Shown here in pieces: positions 11,455-21,293 of a DNA stretch of 32,000 nucleotides; position 1 is the stretch's first letter; every line of letters begins with the position of its first letter. Both the position numbers and the translations under genes were made by a program. This stretch comes from Buchnera aphidicola str. APS (Acyrthosiphon pisum). GTDB taxonomy: Bacteria > Pseudomonadota > Gammaproteobacteria > Enterobacterales > Enterobacteriaceae. The stretch lies in NCBI RefSeq assembly GCF_000009605.1, contig NC_002528.1, positions 210,001 to 242,000 of the forward strand, given 5' to 3'. The notes beneath the pieces were generated by a model. That model made no database searches, was not told the DNA's origin, and saw only the letters and a list, made by a program, of their open reading frames with translations.

Positions 11455-11851
11455 GTGAATTATGTAGAAGCTGCAATTGGAATTATTATCAAAAAAAAAG
11501 GTTTATATTACTAGAGGGAAATATAAAAAAAATATATGGGAATTTCCAGGAGGAAAAGTTAAAAAACATGAAAACATAGTACATGCATTAAAGAGAGAAT
11601 TATTAGAAGAAGTTGGAATTATTGTCTTAAAAATTAATTTTTTTCAATATATAGAATATATTTATCCTGAAAAAAAAATAAAATTATACTTTTTTTTAAA
11701 AAAAAAATGGAAAGGGCGACCTTATAGTATTGAGGGCTATACTTATCTTTGGAAACGTTTATGTCATTTAAGAGCTTTGGATTTTCCACTTGCAAATCAT
11801 AGTGTCATAAATGCTCTTAAAAAAAATAATATTTTAATAAAATTTCGTTAA
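11455..11851 (+). pseudogene. mutT: 8-oxo-dGTP diphosphatase MutT, apparent frameshift in an A9 tract (11491-11499)
   Basis: GTG at 11455, preceded by AAGGA at 11442-11446, opens a frame reading MNYVEAAIGIIIKKK, then GLYY* (TAG at 11512-11514). The body KKKVYITRGKYKKNIWEFPGGKVKKHENIVHALKRELLEEVGI (Nudix box) continues in the neighbouring frame to 11851. The track ORF at 11477 begins at an internal TTG. Type is provisional; the product may be rescued. Confidence 0.85.
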
Positions 11852-12487
11852 AAAATTCTTTTTGATGTTTATTGTTTTATTTTTATTATATATTCTTGAT
11901 AAATGTGAATAAAGCAAATTAAAATAATAAATATATAGATTAATTTTTTTAAAATTTTTTTTATTAAAAATAATATCATCTGATAAAGAAATTCGGGTTT
12001 TTCTACTAGATTGTAACGCAATAATTTTTTTAGCTTCTAAAAAGCTAATTTTGTCTCTTCTGACTGTGCGTTTTATTTGTTCTTTTACAGGAGTATCAAT
12101 TAAAAGAATTCGATGAGCTTTTTTTTCTAATTTTTTTTCAACTAGCAGTGGTACCACCCATAAACACCAATTAGATTGTGTCATTTTTATTTGATGTTTG
12201 GATTCTTGATAGATTTTAGGATGCAATAGATTTTCTAACCATAAACGATGATGATGATTATTAAAAACATACTGTCTAAGTAGCAATCGATTAATAGAAT
12301 TATCTATATTTAATATTTTCTTTCCAAATTTTCTTTTAATAGAAAATGATACTTGTAGATTTTTTTCTATTATGTTTTTTGCAATAATATCTGTATCAAT
12401 AACGTTAATACCTATTTTTTTAAAACCATTAGAGATAGTAGTTTTTCCACTACTAATGCCTCCAGTAAGTGCTACAATATAAGTCAT
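11834..12487 (-). CDS. coaE: Dephospho-CoA kinase
   Basis: 217-aa ORF with P-loop ALTGGISSGKTTI and DTDIIAK. Its 3' end overlaps the 3' end of mutT by 18 bp. Confidence 0.93.
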   Translation of the reverse strand: MTYIVALTGGISSGKTTISNGFKKIGINVIDTDIIAKNIIEKNLQVSFSIKRKFGKKILNIDNSINRLLLRQYVFNNHHHRLWLENLLHPKIYQESKHQIKMTQSNWCLWVVPLLVEKKLEKKAHRILLIDTPVKEQIKRTVRRDKISFLEAKKIIALQSSRKTRISLSDDIIFNKKNFKKINLYIYYFNLLYSHLSRIYNKNKTINIKKNFLTKFY

Positions 12488-12542
12488 ACTATTTTAAATT
12501 TTCATGGTTAGTATTTTATGTTTAAATTAGGACGATCATTTT

Positions 12543-13592
12543 ATGAGAATTGAAGAAGATATTAAATTAGGTTTTAAAGATGTATTAATTAGACCGAAAC
12601 GTTCTATATTAAAAAGTCGTTCTCAAGTTAATCTTGCGCGTTGTTTTTCTTTTAAATATTCCGCTAGTATATGGTCTGGCATACCTATTATTGCAGCAAA
12701 TATGGATACAATAGGTACATTTGAAATGGTCAAATCTTTATCGAAATTTAATATATTAACCGCAGTTCATAAATATTACTCTTTTGAAGAGTGGAAAAAT
12801 TTTGTCTGTTTATCTTCTAAAGAGATATTAAATCATGTAATTGTGTCAATTGGAACTTCTAATATAGACTTTTTAAAAATTAAAAAAATTTTTTTATTAT
12901 CTTCTGAATTAAAATATATTTGTATTGATGTTGCCAATGGTTATTCTGAACACATTGTTTCTTTCTTAAAATTAGTAAGAGATTATTTTCCTGATAAAAT
13001 TATTTGCGCAGGAAATGTCGTTACAGGTGAAATGGTTGAAGAATTAATACTTTCTGGAGCTGATATAGTTAAAGTCGGAATTGGTCCAGGTTCTGTATGT
13101 ACTACACGAGTTAAAACTGGAGTGGGTTATCCTCAGCTTTCAGCAATTATAGAATGTGCGGATGCAGCACATGGTTTGAATGGACAAATTATTAGTGATG
13201 GAGGTTGTACTGTTTCTGGAGATATAGCTAAAGCTTTTGGAGGCGGTGCAGATTTTGTCATGTTAGGAGGAATGCTATCAGGTCATAAAGAATGCTCAGG
13301 AGATATAATTGAAGAAAAGTCAAAAAAATATATGATTTTTTATGGAATGAGCTCCGTTTCTGCAATGCAGCGTTATGAAGGAAAAATTGCAGGATATCGT
13401 GCATCTGAAGGAAAAACAGTAAAAATACCATTTCGTGGTGGTGTAGATAGTACTATACGTGATATTTTAGGCGGTTTACGTTCTTCTTGTACCTATGTCG
13501 GTGCAGAAAAATTAAAGGAACTAACGAAAAGAACTACATTTATACGAGTCACTGAGCAAGAAAATTGTATATTTAATGCTTTTAAAGAATAA
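12543..13592 (+). CDS. guaC: GMP reductase
   Basis: 349-aa IMPDH/GMPR-family ORF with [49 protein letters not shown]. Confidence 0.97.
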   Translation: MRIEEDIKLGFKDVLIRPKRSILKSRSQVNLARCFSFKYSASIWSGIPIIAANMDTIGTFEMVKSLSKFNILTAVHKYYSFEEWKNFVCLSSKEILNHVIVSIGTSNIDFLKIKKIFLLSSELKYICIDVANGYSEHIVSFLKLVRDYFPDKIICAGNVVTGEMVEELILSGADIVKVGIGPGSVCTTRVKTGVGYPQLSAIIECADAAHGLNGQIISDGGCTVSGDIAKAFGGGADFVMLGGMLSGHKECSGDIIEEKSKKYMIFYGMSSVSAMQRYEGKIAGYRASEGKTVKIPFRGGVDSTIRDILGGLRSSCTYVGAEKLKELTKRTTFIRVTEQENCIFNAFKE

Positions 13593-13622
13593 ATAATATT
13601 TATTATAAACATTTTACATTTT

Positions 13623-13674
13623 AAAATCAATAAAATTAATTATACTTATATATATATTTAATTTTATTGATTTT
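13623..13674 (+). terminator. Terminator-like hairpin downstream of guaC
   Basis: AAAATCAATAAAATTAA (13623-13639) pairs perfectly with TTAATTTTATTGATTTT (13658-13674): 17 bp, 18-nt loop, then a continuing T-run to about 13678. The stem is almost all A-T. Confidence 0.55.
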
Positions 13675-13818
13675 TTTTAGATGTTTATGATTTTTTTAAA
13701 AAAATATAAGAGCATTCACAATAAAATTTTTTTAAAGTTAAAAAATAATTGTAATAATTTTTTAGATGAAATATTAATCTAATCGTTAAATATATATAAT
13801 GTATAAGGAATTTATACC

Positions 13819-16482
13819 ATGTCAGAAAATTTATATAATGACGTGGATCCAATTGAAACTCGTGATTGGGTGCAAGCTATTGAATCTGTTATTCGCCGAG
13901 AAGGTCATAAAAGAGCACATTTTTTGATTGAACAAGTTTTAAAAACTGCAAAAATAAATAGAAAAGAATTTTTTAGGTCCTCTTTTACTAGTGATTATAT
14001 TAATACTATTTCTAGAGAAGATGAATATGAGTATCCTGGAAATCTTATTTTAGAAAAGCGTATTCGTTCAGCTATTCGTTGGAATGCCATCATGATGGTG
14101 CTGCGTGCATCAAAAAAAAATTTGGAATTAGGTGGTCATTTATCATCTTTTCAGTCTTCTGCTACAATATACGAAGTGTGTTTTAATCATTTTTTCCAAG
14201 CTAAAAATCATAAAGATGGAGGTGATTTAGTTTATTTCCAGGGTCATATTTCACCTGGAATTTATGCTCGCTCTTTTTTAGAAGGACGTTTATCCGAAGA
14301 ACAGATTGATAATTTTAGACAAGAAGTTGATGGAATAGGCTTATCTTCTTATCCGCATCCTAAGCTAATGCCAAATTTTTGGCAATTTCCTACTGTATCT
14401 ATGGGTTTAGGACCACTTTGTGCTATTTATCAAGCAAAATTTTTAAAATATTTGCATAATCGAGAATTAAAAAATACCTCAAAACAAATAGTTTATGCTT
14501 TTTTAGGTGATGGTGAGATGGATGAACCTGAATCTAAAGGCGCTATTTCTATAGCAGTTCGTGAAAAATTAGATAATTTAATATTTATAATCAATTGTAA
14601 TTTACAAAGATTAGATGGTCCAGTAGTTGGAAATGGAAAAATTGTAAATGAATTAGAAAGTTTTTTCTATGGCGCAGGGTGGAAAGTTATAAAAGTTATA
14701 TGGGGGAGTAGATGGGATTGTTTATTAAAAAAAGATACATCTGGCAAACTGATTCAGTTAATGAATGAAACAGTTGATGGAGACTATCAGACTTTTAAAT
14801 CTAAAGATGGTGCGTATGTTCGTAAGTATTTTTTTGGGAAATATAAAGAAACATACGACTTAGTTAAAGACATGACTGATGAAGAAATATGGAAACTTAA
14901 CAGAGGTGGACATGATCCTAAAAAAATGTTTAATGCTTTAAAAAAAGCAAAAGAAACAAAATATAAACCAACAGTAATTCTAGCACATACTGTGAAAGGA
15001 TATGGAATGGGAGTAATAGCAGAAGGTAAAAATATTGCTCATCAAATAAAGAAAATAAATATCAATGGAATAATACACATTCGAGATCGTTTTAATATCC
15101 CTGTATCAAATGATGAAATAAATAAATTACCATATGTAACTTTTAAAAAAAATTCTGAAGAATATTGTTACATACATTCGCAACGAAAAAAATTAGGTGG
15201 TTATATTCCCTTTCGTTTATCCAGTTTTACTGGAAAATTGATTTTACCAAAATTAATAGATTTTCAATCATTATTAGAAGAGCAAAAAAAAGATATCTCT
15301 ACAACTGTAGCTTTTATACGTGTGTTAAATATTATTTTAAAAAATAATTCTATTAAACACTTAATAGTACCAATTATTGCGGATGAAGCTCGTACTTTTG
15401 GAATGGAAGGATTATTTCGTAAAATTGGGATTTATAGTTCTAGTGGTCAAAAGTATACTCCTCAGGATCGAGAACAATTAGCATACTATAAAGAAGAAAA
15501 AAAAGGTCAAATATTACAAGAAGGAATAAACGAATTAGGTGCAGCTTCATCTTGGTTAGCAGCAGCTACTTCTTATAGCACTAATGATTTTCCTATGATT
15601 CTTTTTTATATTTATTATTCAATATTTGGTTTTCAGAGAATAGGAGATTTGTTTTGGGCGGCTGGAGATCAACAAGCAAGAGGTTTTTTAATTGGTGGAA
15701 CTTCTGGAAGAACTACTTTAAATGGTGAGGGATTGCAACATGAAGATGGACATAGTCATATACAATCCTTGACTATTCCTAATTGCATATCTTATGATCC
15801 TGCTTTTGCTTATGAAGTTGCTGTAATTATTCAAGATGGATTAAGACGTATGTATGGTCCTTCTCAAGAAAACATATATTATTATATTACCACAATTAAT
15901 GAAAATTATTATATGCCTGCTATGCCTATAGGTGTAGAAGAAGGAATTTGTAAAGGTATTTATAAATTAAAAACTTTACATGGTACTACATCAAAAGTAC
16001 AGCTGATAGGTTCTGGTGCTATTTTACGATCTGTTTGTGAAGCGGCAGAGATTTTATTAAAAGACTATTCTATTACAACGGATATATATAGTGTTACTTC
16101 TTTTACAGAATTAGCTAGAAATGGTGAAGATTGTGAACGATGGAACATGCTTCATCCTAATGAAAAAAACAAAATAGCATACGTTAAACAAATTATGAAT
16201 AAAAACCCCACCGTTGCGGCTACTGATTATATGAAATTATTCGCTGAGCAAATTCGACACTACATTCCCTCTCAAGAATATCATGTATTAGGCACAGATG
16301 GCTTTGGTCGTTCAGATAGTCGTGATAAATTGCGTGATCACTTTGAAGTGAATGCTTATTATATTGTTATAGCTGCGTTAAATTTATTAGCTAATATAAA
16401 CGATATTAAGAAAAAAGTTGTAGAAGATGCGATTATGAAATTTAATATTGATGCTAATAAAATTAATCCGCGTTTATCTTGA
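13819..16482 (+). CDS. aceE: Pyruvate dehydrogenase E1 component
   Basis: 887-aa ORF with GHISPGIYARSFLEGRL, ThDP region GDGEMDEPES...NCNLQRLDGPV, and GLQHEDGHSH. Length equals E. coli AceE. Confidence 0.98.
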   Translation: MSENLYNDVDPIETRDWVQAIESVIRREGHKRAHFLIEQVLKTAKINRKEFFRSSFTSDYINTISREDEYEYPGNLILEKRIRSAIRWNAIMMVLRASKKNLELGGHLSSFQSSATIYEVCFNHFFQAKNHKDGGDLVYFQGHISPGIYARSFLEGRLSEEQIDNFRQEVDGIGLSSYPHPKLMPNFWQFPTVSMGLGPLCAIYQAKFLKYLHNRELKNTSKQIVYAFLGDGEMDEPESKGAISIAVREKLDNLIFIINCNLQRLDGPVVGNGKIVNELESFFYGAGWKVIKVIWGSRWDCLLKKDTSGKLIQLMNETVDGDYQTFKSKDGAYVRKYFFGKYKETYDLVKDMTDEEIWKLNRGGHDPKKMFNALKKAKETKYKPTVILAHTVKGYGMGVIAEGKNIAHQIKKININGIIHIRDRFNIPVSNDEINKLPYVTFKKNSEEYCYIHSQRKKLGGYIPFRLSSFTGKLILPKLIDFQSLLEEQKKDISTTVAFIRVLNIILKNNSIKHLIVPIIADEARTFGMEGLFRKIGIYSSSGQKYTPQDREQLAYYKEEKKGQILQEGINELGAASSWLAAATSYSTNDFPMILFYIYYSIFGFQRIGDLFWAAGDQQARGFLIGGTSGRTTLNGEGLQHEDGHSHIQSLTIPNCISYDPAFAYEVAVIIQDGLRRMYGPSQENIYYYITTINENYYMPAMPIGVEEGICKGIYKLKTLHGTTSKVQLIGSGAILRSVCEAAEILLKDYSITTDIYSVTSFTELARNGEDCERWNMLHPNEKNKIAYVKQIMNKNPTVAATDYMKLFAEQIRHYIPSQEYHVLGTDGFGRSDSRDKLRDHFEVNAYYIVIAALNLLANINDIKKKVVEDAIMKFNIDANKINPRLS

Positions 16483-16485
16483 GAG

Positions 16486-17703
16486 GTGAAAACAGTGGAT
16501 ATAGAAGTCAAAATGCCTGATATTGGTTTAGAAGAAGTAGAAATAATTGAAATATTAGTAAGTATTAATGAAAAAATAGCACCAGAACAAGGATTAATAA
16601 CTGTGGAAGGAGATAAAACTTCTATGGAAATACCTTCACCTATATCAGGTATTGTAAAGCATATCTTTATTAAAATTGGCGAAAAAATTAAAACTGATGC
16701 TCTCATTATGAGATGTGAAGTGGAGAATATTGATTTTCATGTAAAGAAAAAAGAAGAAATTTGTTTAGATAATAATGTTTTAAATAAGGTTGAAAAAAAT
16801 TTCAAAAAAGATATTTTTTTTCATGCAACTCCATTAATAAGACGTTTAGCTCGAAATTTAAATATAAATTTATACGATGTTGTTGGTACCGGACCTAAAA
16901 ATAGGATTTTAAAAGAAGATTTAGATCTATATCAAAGTAATATTAAAGAGAATCTTATAGAAGAAAAAAATAAAATTAATTTTGGTGATTCTAAGAAATC
17001 AAAAACAAAAGAATTAGAATTAAGTGATATCCAGAAAAATATTGGTAATAATTTACATCGGAATTGGATGAATATACCTCATGTTACACAATTTGATGAA
17101 GTTGATATTACTATATTAGAAAAGTTTCGTCAAAAATATAATAACGAAAAGAGAAATCAAAAAAAAACAAATGAAAATATTACAATTTTAGTTTTTATAA
17201 TAAAAGTAGTTGCATATGCATTAGAAAAATTCCCTATTTTTAACAGTTCACTAAATATTAATAATAAAAAAATTATTTTAAAAAAATATATTAATATCGG
17301 GTTTGCAATAGATGTAAATAACGATTTATTTGTTCCTGTTTTAAAAGACGTCAATAAAAAAAATATTAAACAATTATCTTCTGAATTAATATTGCTATCA
17401 GAAAAAGCACGAACAAGAAAATTAAATATTGAAGATATGACAGGAGGCTGTTTTACAATATCTAATTTAGGAGGTATTGGAGGAAGCTGGTTTTCACCAA
17501 TTATCAATTCACCGGAAGTAGCAATTCTTGGTATTTCAAAATCTCAGATAAAACCGTCATGGAATGGAAAAGAATTTATTCCTTCTTTAATGTTACCATT
17601 ATCTTTATCTTATGATCATCGTGTAATAAATGGTGCTTATGCAGCGCGTTTTATTACATTTATTAGTAGAGTTTTATCAGATATGCATTTTTTAATTATG
17701 TAG
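16486..17703 (+). CDS. aceF: Dihydrolipoyl acetyltransferase, E2 component of pyruvate dehydrogenase
   Basis: 405-aa ORF: one N-terminal lipoyl domain (GDKTSME), peripheral subunit-binding domain (ATPLIRRLARNLNINLYDVVGTGPKNRILKEDL), C-terminal acyltransferase domain ending SYDHRVINGA. Likely start is GTG at 16495 (MDIEVKMPDIG), with GAGAGG at 16481-16486. Confidence 0.96.
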   Translation: MKTVDIEVKMPDIGLEEVEIIEILVSINEKIAPEQGLITVEGDKTSMEIPSPISGIVKHIFIKIGEKIKTDALIMRCEVENIDFHVKKKEEICLDNNVLNKVEKNFKKDIFFHATPLIRRLARNLNINLYDVVGTGPKNRILKEDLDLYQSNIKENLIEEKNKINFGDSKKSKTKELELSDIQKNIGNNLHRNWMNIPHVTQFDEVDITILEKFRQKYNNEKRNQKKTNENITILVFIIKVVAYALEKFPIFNSSLNINNKKIILKKYINIGFAIDVNNDLFVPVLKDVNKKNIKQLSSELILLSEKARTRKLNIEDMTGGCFTISNLGGIGGSWFSPIINSPEVAILGISKSQIKPSWNGKEFIPSLMLPLSLSYDHRVINGAYAARFITFISRVLSDMHFLIM

Positions 17704-17747
17704 TTTTCGCTATTTCACATTACTTAAATTTTTTTTAAGAGGTCTTA

Positions 17748-19169
17748 ATGAATAAAAAAATTTATACACAAGTAGTAGTTATTGGATCAGGTCCAGCAGG
17801 TTACTCTGCAGCTTTTCGTTGTGCAGATCTAGGTTTAGATACTGTCTTAATAGAACGTTATGATAAATTAGGAGGTGTTTGTTTAAATGTTGGTTGTATT
17901 CCTTCAAAAACATTATTACATATAGCTAAAGTTATTAAAGAAGCAAAAGAATTGCATAAAACAGGTGTTTCTTTTAATAAACCAGATATTGATATTAAAA
18001 AAATTAAAAATTGGAAACAGCATATTGTAAATAAACTAACTGATGGTTTAAGTAGTATGAGAAAAAAAAGAAAAATAAGAATTTTTCAAGGCCATGCTAT
18101 TTTTGAGACCGATAAAAGTCTTTGTGTTACAAATACAGAAGATAAATTTACTATTTTTTTTGATAATGCAATTATTGCAACTGGTTCTAAACCAATTAAA
18201 ATCCCTTCAATACCTCATGATGATATAAGAATTTGGGATTCGACTGATGCCTTATCATTAAAAAAAATACCCAACAATTTTTTAATTATAGGTAGTGGGA
18301 TTATTGGTTTAGAAATGGCAACAATATATAGTGCATTAGGTTCGAAAGTTGATATTATTGATCGTTTTAATCATTTTCTTCCTGTAATAGATGAAGATAT
18401 TTCTAGTATATATAAAAAATCTATTAATCAACAATTTAATCTGATGTTAAATACTCATATAGATAAAGTAGAAGTGAAAAAAGATGCATTGATAGTAGAC
18501 ATGATACATGAAAATATTCCCAAAAAAAATATATTGTATGATGCTGTATTAGTAGCAATAGGTAGAACTCCTAATATTGATTCATTAGGATTAGATAGAA
18601 TAGGGTTGAAAATAAATAATTTTGGTTTTATTCAAGTAAATAATCAGTTAAAAACGAACATACCTCATATTTACGCTATTGGTGATGTAGCTGGTACACC
18701 TATGTTGGCGCATAAAGGAGTTCATGAAGGTCATATTGCAGCAGAGGTTATTTCTGGTAAAAATCATTATTTCGAACCTAAAGTAATTCCATCTATTGCA
18801 TATACTGATCCTGAAATTGCTTGGGTAGGATTGAGTGAAAAAGAGGCTAAACAAGAAAATATAAATTATGAGGTTGCAATTTTCCCTTGGAATGCATCTG
18901 GTAGAGCTATTGCTTCAAATTGTAGTATAGGTAAGACAAAACTAATTTTTAATAAACAAAATAATAAAATTATTGGCGGTTCTATAGTAGGATCTAATGC
19001 TGGTGAATTAATTGGTGAAGTTGGATTGGCCATTGAAATGGGATGTGATGCTGAGGATATTGCTTTGACGATTCATGCTCATCCTACTTTATCTGAATCA
19101 ATCGGTTTATCTGCAGAAGTTTTTCAGGGTACAGTAACAGATGTATTAAATTTCAAATTAAATAAATAA
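17748..19169 (+). CDS. lpdA: Dihydrolipoamide dehydrogenase
   Basis: 473-aa ORF with VIGSGPAGYSAAFRCADLG, GGVCLNVGCIPSKTLLH, HAHPTLSES. AGAGGT precedes the ATG. Confidence 0.98.
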   Translation: MNKKIYTQVVVIGSGPAGYSAAFRCADLGLDTVLIERYDKLGGVCLNVGCIPSKTLLHIAKVIKEAKELHKTGVSFNKPDIDIKKIKNWKQHIVNKLTDGLSSMRKKRKIRIFQGHAIFETDKSLCVTNTEDKFTIFFDNAIIATGSKPIKIPSIPHDDIRIWDSTDALSLKKIPNNFLIIGSGIIGLEMATIYSALGSKVDIIDRFNHFLPVIDEDISSIYKKSINQQFNLMLNTHIDKVEVKKDALIVDMIHENIPKKNILYDAVLVAIGRTPNIDSLGLDRIGLKINNFGFIQVNNQLKTNIPHIYAIGDVAGTPMLAHKGVHEGHIAAEVISGKNHYFEPKVIPSIAYTDPEIAWVGLSEKEAKQENINYEVAIFPWNASGRAIASNCSIGKTKLIFNKQNNKIIGGSIVGSNAGELIGEVGLAIEMGCDAEDIALTIHAHPTLSESIGLSAEVFQGTVTDVLNFKLNK

Positions 19170-19198
19170 TGATTTTTTTTTATTAAAAAATTTTTTTT

Positions 19199-19250
19199 AG
19201 AAAAAGAAAAGATTATAGAAATTAAACTTCTATAATCTTTTCTTTTTTTT
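19199..19250. terminator. Bidirectional rho-independent terminator between convergent lpdA and speD
   Basis: AAAAAGAAAAGATTATAGAA (19201-19220), loop ATTAAAC, perfect 20-bp complement TTCTATAATCTTTTCTTTTT (19228-19247), T-tract on the + side and, on the minus strand, a U-rich tail after the stem. It lies between two converging genes. Confidence 0.9.
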
Positions 19251-19341
19251 AATAAGATTTGATTGTAGTTTATACAAACATTAAATATTTTATTCAATTT
19301 TTGCAAATACATGTTTTAATTAAATATTTATAAAACAGAGT

Positions 19342-20139
19342 CTATCTAGATATATTTCTTCCATAATAGATTTCACGCATTTCCTTTGAGAGTAGTTTCT
19401 TAATATAAGAACGTTCCTCTTTTTCTAGATTTTCTAAATTAATATTAAATAAATAATTTTTTAAATTAAATTCTCTTAATAACATTCGAGTATGAAAAAT
19501 ATTCTCTTGATATACATTAACATCAACCATGTCATACATTGATTTTATATCATCCGACATAAAATTTTGAATAGAATTTATTTTATGATCAATGAAATGT
19601 TTTATTCCATGAATATCTCTAGTAAATCCCCGCACACGATATTCAATTGTTACAATATCTGATTCTAATTGATGTATAAGATAATTCAAAGCATTTAAGG
19701 GTGATATAATTCCACATGTTGAGACTTCTATATCAGCACGAAACGTACAAATGCCGCTTTGAGGATGACTTTCTGGATATGTGTGTACACAAATATGGCT
19801 TTTATCTAAATGAGCAAGCACAGAAGATGATACAATGTTTTTATTTAAAGCATCGATCTTCTCCATACTCATTGGTTCTTCACATACTAAAATAGTCACA
19901 CTCGCACCTTGAGGTTCATAATCTTGATGAAATATGTTTAAAACATTTGCACCAATAATTGAACAGGTTTTTTTTAAAATTTTAGTTAATCGAATAGCAT
20001 TATATTGTTCATCAATATAAGAAATATAACTATTACGCGAATCATTGGTATTAGCATAGCAAATATCATAGATACAAAAACTTAGGCTTTTAGTTAAGTT
20101 ATTAAAGCCATATAATTTTAGTTTTTGCAATTTAATCAC
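19342..20139 (-). CDS. speD: S-adenosylmethionine decarboxylase proenzyme
   Basis: 265-aa ORF with [16 protein letters not shown] (KSH self-cleavage site) and [43 protein letters not shown], nearly identical to E. coli SpeD. Confidence 0.98.
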   Translation of the reverse strand: MIKLQKLKLYGFNNLTKSLSFCIYDICYANTNDSRNSYISYIDEQYNAIRLTKILKKTCSIIGANVLNIFHQDYEPQGASVTILVCEEPMSMEKIDALNKNIVSSSVLAHLDKSHICVHTYPESHPQSGICTFRADIEVSTCGIISPLNALNYLIHQLESDIVTIEYRVRGFTRDIHGIKHFIDHKINSIQNFMSDDIKSMYDMVDVNVYQENIFHTRMLLREFNLKNYLFNINLENLEKEERSYIKKLLSKEMREIYYGRNISR

Positions 20140-20157
20140 TCCCCTATGAAAGGATTT

Positions 20158-21018
20158 TTAACTTTCATTTAATTCATTAAGAATATATTGAGGTAAATAA
20201 AAACTACTTATATGAATTTTAGCATTATAGTAATTAAAATCTAATTTTGTATTTTTTATACGTATTTGTATTTTTTCTAGACTATTTTTACGATATTCTA
20301 TATTATTAGTACCCCACGCGAAAACCATTACCCCCCCATAATAAGTTGGAACATTCGCTTGATAAAATCTTGTATCATAAAAATATTTTTTTAAATTTTT
20401 ATAAGTAAGAATGGTTTCATTTTTTTGAAGAAAAAAAACACCGTTCTGTGCTACAAAAATACCATTTTCTTCAAGATGATTTTTACAATTAAAATAAAAT
20501 TCTGATCGAAATAAATTCTTTCCGCAGCCAATAGGATCAGTGGAATCTGATATGATTAAATCAAACTTTTCTTTTGTTCTTTTTATGAAATTCAAACCAT
20601 CATCAATAATCAAGTTTAAACGAGAATCTTGATAGGCCTGATTACTATGATTTGGAAAATATTTTTTACACAAATCAATGATATTTACGTCTATTTCAAC
20701 CATAGTGATATTTTCAATCATTTTATATCTACATACTTCACGTAGTATGCCTCCGTCACCTCCTCCTATTATTAATACACTTTTTATTGAACCATGAGCG
20801 ATTATAGGAACATGAGTTAGCATTTCATGATATATAAATTCATCGCGTTCAGTTGTTTGAACAATATCATCTATTACCATGATTTTACCAAAAACAGAAT
20901 TCTTAAAAATCATTACTTGATGATGAGGGGTTTTTTTTTTATACAGCATTTTTTCAATTAAAAAGTATTGTCCAAGATGACAATAAAGCTTTTCATGCCA
21001 TGTTTTTTTGTGATCCAT
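20158..21018 (-). CDS. speE: Spermidine synthase
   Basis: 286-aa ORF with MVIDDIVQTTERDEFIYHEMLTH, VLIIGGGDGGILREV, DLIISDSTDPIG. Confidence 0.97.
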   Translation of the reverse strand: MDHKKTWHEKLYCHLGQYFLIEKMLYKKKTPHHQVMIFKNSVFGKIMVIDDIVQTTERDEFIYHEMLTHVPIIAHGSIKSVLIIGGGDGGILREVCRYKMIENITMVEIDVNIIDLCKKYFPNHSNQAYQDSRLNLIIDDGLNFIKRTKEKFDLIISDSTDPIGCGKNLFRSEFYFNCKNHLEENGIFVAQNGVFFLQKNETILTYKNLKKYFYDTRFYQANVPTYYGGVMVFAWGTNNIEYRKNSLEKIQIRIKNTKLDFNYYNAKIHISSFYLPQYILNELNES

Positions 21019-21293
21019 GGTTATATTTATATATCCTATAAAATGTAACGTTATAGATTATTTTGGGATTAATAAAAAACTACGAGTATTGTGAAATAGT
21101 AGACTTTATTTTCAGATTTTTTAAAAGAAGGATAATGATTCTTGAAAAAATAAATGATTTTTTAAAAAAACTTTATTAATTATATCTAGACGTTTTTTAT
21201 AAAAAAATTTTAAAAAAATAAAAAATTTCCTTAATAAAGGTTATCAAAAATAATATAAGAATGCTATTTTTTATTAATCAGATTCTATGATAT

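Noticed and set aside
16359-16706. Minus-strand ORF of 115 aa spanning the aceE/aceF junction
   Set aside because: Fully antisense to two well-supported genes. The Ser/Thr/Pro-rich sequence reflects the complement of the lipoyl-domain coding sequence.
17157-17507. Minus-strand ORF of 116 aa
   Set aside because: Antisense to the aceF catalytic domain, no recognisable fold.
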